Origin: Marsupella aquatica
Taxonomy: Eukaryota; Plantae; Marchantiophyta
DNA length: 64,000 nucleotides
NCBI GenBank assembly: GCA_973895155.1
Contig: OZ316892.1
Coordinates: forward strand, 17,598,357 to 17,662,356
Direction: 5' to 3'
Shown: positions 59,301-64,000 of the stretch, piece after piece
Numbering within the stretch: position 1 is the first letter of the stretch
Layout of the letters: each line of letters opens with the position of its first letter
The notes under the pieces: generated by a model
Database searches by the model: none
Told to the model about the DNA's origin: nothing
Seen by the model: the letters and a program-made list of their open reading frames with translations, nothing else
Made by a program: the position numbers and the translations under genes

Positions 59301-62300
59301 GAGCCGGACATGACGCAGTCGACTACACGACGTCGTGGCTAATTAATGTAATGTGACATATAAGCATGATTATTGTGTATCTACCGACCGGCAAGATAGT
59401 CTCACGGGTCACTCGTGGGTGACCAGTTTCGCCAGAAAAATTACTCACGAGTCCCGGTATAAGAGATAAACCAACACAAATTATACTAAGCCAATCACGA
59501 AGTTTCCAAAAAAGGTAAACCCTGCACCAAAGGGGACTTTAGAATTACAGTAATCTCCGCAATTTCAGTAGATTTCAGGATGAAACTGGTCGACCCAGCT
59601 TGAGGGCCGATCAAACAGTGCTCTGAGGACAGTATTCCACCAGCCAAAGAGGAAGTAAGGGCCAAAATGTTCAGTTAAATACTCTCCCAATTAGAAAATA
59701 GGGGGTTGCCCTGAAATAATACACGCTCAGATCTTGGAGACCAAAGGAGGCTAATCTCTTTGAGATTGATGGAACAATGCCTTGAACTTACCTTGCTCTA
59801 GTGTGAGACTAAATTCTGAGATCTTGGAGATTGATGGGCTACCCTCTTTGAGCCTTGATCGGACCCTGCCTTGACCTTCCCTTGCTCTAGTGTGACACTA
59901 AATTATTGGACAATTAAGAGCTAACCTTTGTGAGGGGTGATTAAACATTGATCTAAGACCTTGACTTAGCTGTTCTTGTGCACTGACACTAAAACATATT
60001 ATTCCCATAAATGAGCATTATCCATATCCAGGGGACTTCATTTCTGCTGCTTCTCCTGCCACACACACTGCAGTTTTGTTCACCATACCACTCACGAGCC
60101 CCTTTACAAGAGTGTGGTGGCCTTTTTTGAGTCTGGGATTGAATTACAGCTATTCAATAGTGTGAAGTGTCAGTCCCCTCTTGTGAGCATATTCCAGAAA
60201 AAGATGACAGATCCTAGTCACCAAACAGGAAATTCGAGTCACACAAGATTGGGCCCACACTTTTTGTTCAGTGAAATCCCTTGTTTCTTCCAGAAGAAGA
60301 TTTCGTTTAGGCCTAGGTCCATTCCACCATTCAACATGCGTTCCACTGAACGCTTCCAAACTTGGTTTTTCTACCCGTGTATCTCAAATGATTCCCCTCT
60401 AACATTGGCCGCCTGGTCTAGTAAAACCCCCCTAGTAAGCCCCAGGCAAAAGTAATTGATTTCAACCCCTTGGATCCCACTCTTAAGTATGGCTGGTGTC
60501 CTTCAATTTTGTGTGCAAAGGGCTTTGGTAAACTCCAACTTGGGATGGGCATTGTGTCAAATCTGGTTAACATATGAAACTTGAACTTGAAACACAGTTG
60601 CAGTAATGAAGACTGTTATCACTTGGTTATGCTTGTTTAGATGGCTCATATCAAGCAACTCTCCCCTTAAGTGTGTCCACGCAGTGTAAATAGCATCCAA
60701 ATATGTCACAGCACACATCGTCCTCTCTTCATCTTCTACTCTCTAAGGATAGTACATGGTCACCCAACATTGAATGGTAGTACCCAATTGATAGCACAAA
60801 ATCAGTGTCCAACCAAAGCTATGGTAGAGAACGATCCATAAGTGTCCACTCCCTTGCATTGGCAGCCCCGTTTTGTAAACAACCTCTACCAAGCTCACTA
60901 CTAGTGTTTTTTTTATGGAAATAATTTGTCAAATTCCATCTCCCCAAAAATCTTTCCCCACTATTTTTGCTGTCTCAGCATCCAGTGTTCCATCTAATCC
61001 CAGGCCCCTTGAGCCAGAATCTAACGGTCAGCCTTAAATCTAGGGAGATTTGAAAGCCAGAAAAATGTAGAATCTTTGGAGCATCTTCTCCTTCACACAC
61101 TATACATTCGTCACTCGCGAAAAAGTAAAATCCTTAAAATATACTCTGGCGAAAAAGTAAATCCTTAAAATATACGCTCCTCACTAGTCACCAGAGATTC
61201 AGAGAAGGAGAGGCTACTAACGTCCAAAACCGACCCACTCGAGGCATTAAATAAACTCGGTTTAAAGGCATCCTCTAAAGAAGATTTAAAGAAGTCACCA
61301 GTCCCGGGATCGTCTCAGGAGTCACCAATCGAGACAAATTATGCTACAGAAGATCGGCAAGCCGCCAAGTTTAGAGGTCGTTGGCCTGCCAGTGACTATC
61401 TACCTACATCCAGAAATTGGCGGCTCCCGAGTTTTTTTCCCTTTTCGTAAATCATTTCTAGGTGGGGAAAAGGATTTCAAACTCGTTGTCTTCAATAGCG
61501 GTAATAACGGCGGCGCGGGTCCACACGGGAAACATGTCATCGTGACGTAGGCTCGCGACTGGTCTGCCGAGAATTTCGGATCCGCTGAGCCGTTACGAAG
61601 CTGGCAGTGTTAGGCTAGGGACAGTGTTAGGCTTCGGCCGATCCAAGACCTCCCCTCCCGGCTTGGTTTGGAGGCGGCGGTCCAGGGTCACGTAATTATG
61701 ATCTAGTGATTTCTTTCCACTCCTAGAAGTGTTTTGGATTCTCTCTACCTAAGGTTTCCATTCAAGCCCGGGCATTCAAGCAGCTCTGTCATTTGCTTTA
61801 GCTCTTGGAAATCCCTGCCTAAATCTAGATTTAGATCTTCAAATTTCCCTGTCATTATTTATACCTTTGACTGAAACCATAGGTCATACATTTTTTACTA
61901 TCATATTTTAATATTTAGATGACGATTCCATGCTGGGTTGGCAAAATTAAAATAAAGATAGACCTGGTTATGTTTTCCGTCATCTCCATGAACTCTGACA
62001 AGGAACCAATCGCTTTACAACTACTCCTGAAAGACATTCGCCGCTAATGGATGGTAACTATAGAAACTATTTTCATTCTTGTTTACCAGCATTTCCATTA
62101 TACACTAAAAATAAATATTCAGAGCTTCTCCATGGATAACTGACAGAGCTCCTTGTAACAAAATCAATCCACCCCCTTGTTTCTTTGCATAGTTAGGGTG
62201 GTTTAATTCATAGCATAGTTAGAGTTAGTGAAAGGCATCCAAGGAATGTGTTTTTCCTCCGAACCCTTAGATTGATATCACTGAAATGAATTTCTATGTT

Positions 62301-64000
62301 CTAAACATTATTTTCACTTTCTAACTGTTTGGTTTAGGGCCTCTCTCCCTAACAAGAGTTTCCTAGTGTGGGTACAACCCCTGCTATTCTCTCAGTTTGT
62401 GCTGTTGAATGAGAGTTTTTACATTTTCCTTGGAAATAAGTCTAAGCTCTCTTATAGAAGCAAAAAAATTAACACTAACTCCATTCTTGAACACATCACT
62501 TCCAGTTTGGAAACTTGGGAAACAGAAACCTTCTAGAAACCCATTGGTTTTTTACCCTCAAATTGATAAGTGTACTTCGCAATGATGTGTCAAACCTTGG
62601 TTCTTGAGGGGGCCCAGAAAGCAAGCCACCCAAGACACAAAAGATCAACTTCCAAGCTATGTACGATTCAAGATTAGAGATTACAGCTAGTGTGAGCAGG
62701 GGCAAGTTTGGCATGAATGCTTGACTGATTACCATCGTGGTGATAATGCTACATAAGTCATATCGACTAAAACAATGCTACTCTATGGTCTGAGGCATAA
62801 AGCCCCATTGCGAATTGAAACTGGAGGCCTTCTGTCCATTTGTGGATAAAGGTGGCGGGAAAGGTGGAAGGTTTGGTGGATCAATTTTAATCTCCTTTTG
62901 GCGTCACTCATTCCAATAATTGGCAGTATACAAACTCTCAATCACATGTTAGTTGAAGACTTAGACAACCTGTTCTCCAAAACCATGACTTGATTTTTTT
63001 CCAGTAGAGTCACCAACAAACTCATGTCATAAATCATTAACTTTCCAACTGACTACTACCACTACCTGACCTGGTTTCCTCATTGCTCCACCTATTTGGC
63101 TGTTTACCCCCGAAATAATTTCAAGGGTTTTCCATCCAAGCCATTATCCTATTCTCACAACCAAGTATCACAGTAGCATAAAATTGCAGGAAAGAAAATT
63201 TAACTAAGTGTTGAATTTAGGTTAACAAACTCCAAAATATAAAAATGAACAAGGATTGATGACGGGGGCTCTTTACAATGGAATGGATGAATGGGACCTC
63301 GTGAACATTGAGCAACATGTGCCAGCAATCCCCACTGTTGGGTTTTGGAAATCTGGAATTAGCAAAATAGCAGGAAAGGGATGATGAAGGGTCCATTATT
63401 GAAGCAGTAATTTCAGTTTAAATGTACTGTGGGAACCTGTGGAGGTGCAGAATCATGAAGACTTTAGTTCAAACAAAATTGATGAAGTAGTTCAACTAGG
63501 CTCTAAACATTGAAGTTGTGTTGAAAAAATGACAAACTTAAAAAAATTAATTAAACGGAAAATTTGTGAAACCCATGGAAAGGGAACAGTAGTCATTAAC
63601 ATTTGACCCACTAGACCTATGAGCTCAAGTCTCAACTCAAGTGAGCTATCACACAACCATGCCTCTCTGGGCAACAAATACCAAAAAACCACTCATTGAA
63701 ACACCATAGTAATGTGAGAGAACAAGATGAAGCAGCCATCACTTACAGGTTCACGTAAAACCAGGCCTATAACGTTTTTGTGAACCCTTGTGCAAAACTT
63801 TGGTTCTACTAACTGGGGTGTTCTGGATCAGAGGATTCTGGTAAAAACAAGCATAATGTAAAAGAAGAGCTCCAAAAGGAGTGGGCCATAAAGAATGTTC
63901 TGCCCTGATTGTCGTCTTAGTAAGTCCACAACTGCACTTAAATATATCAATAACATTCATAGAAAGAGCAAAGTGGGTGCCCACAATTATCCGTCTCTCT

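Overview
Eukaryotic nuclear DNA from a land plant, most likely a non-seed lineage such as a bryophyte (inferred from a cilium-type EF-hand gene and a CUC-like NAC with no miR164 site). Five intron-containing genes were reconstructed by hand: NSF vesicle-fusing ATPase (+, 22 exons, ~772 aa), plastid HISN2/hisIE (-, 5 exons, ~320 aa), ATRIP/SUV2-like (+, 14 exons), a calcyphosin-like plus ciliary-type EF-hand protein (+, 5' end uncertain) and a CUC-clade NAC factor (-, 3 exons, ~430 aa). Intergenic DNA holds a solo LTR with a target-site duplication, a related decayed LTR, several minisatellites and a near-perfect hairpin. Highlights: an AT-AC (U12) intron in NSF, the EF-hand domain combination, animal-ATRIP-like coiled-coil motifs in the SUV2 homologue, two facing related minisatellite arrays, and a complex hairpin at 56.2 kb. 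I found no convincing wholly new biological system. Family assignments rest on recalled motifs, not database searches.
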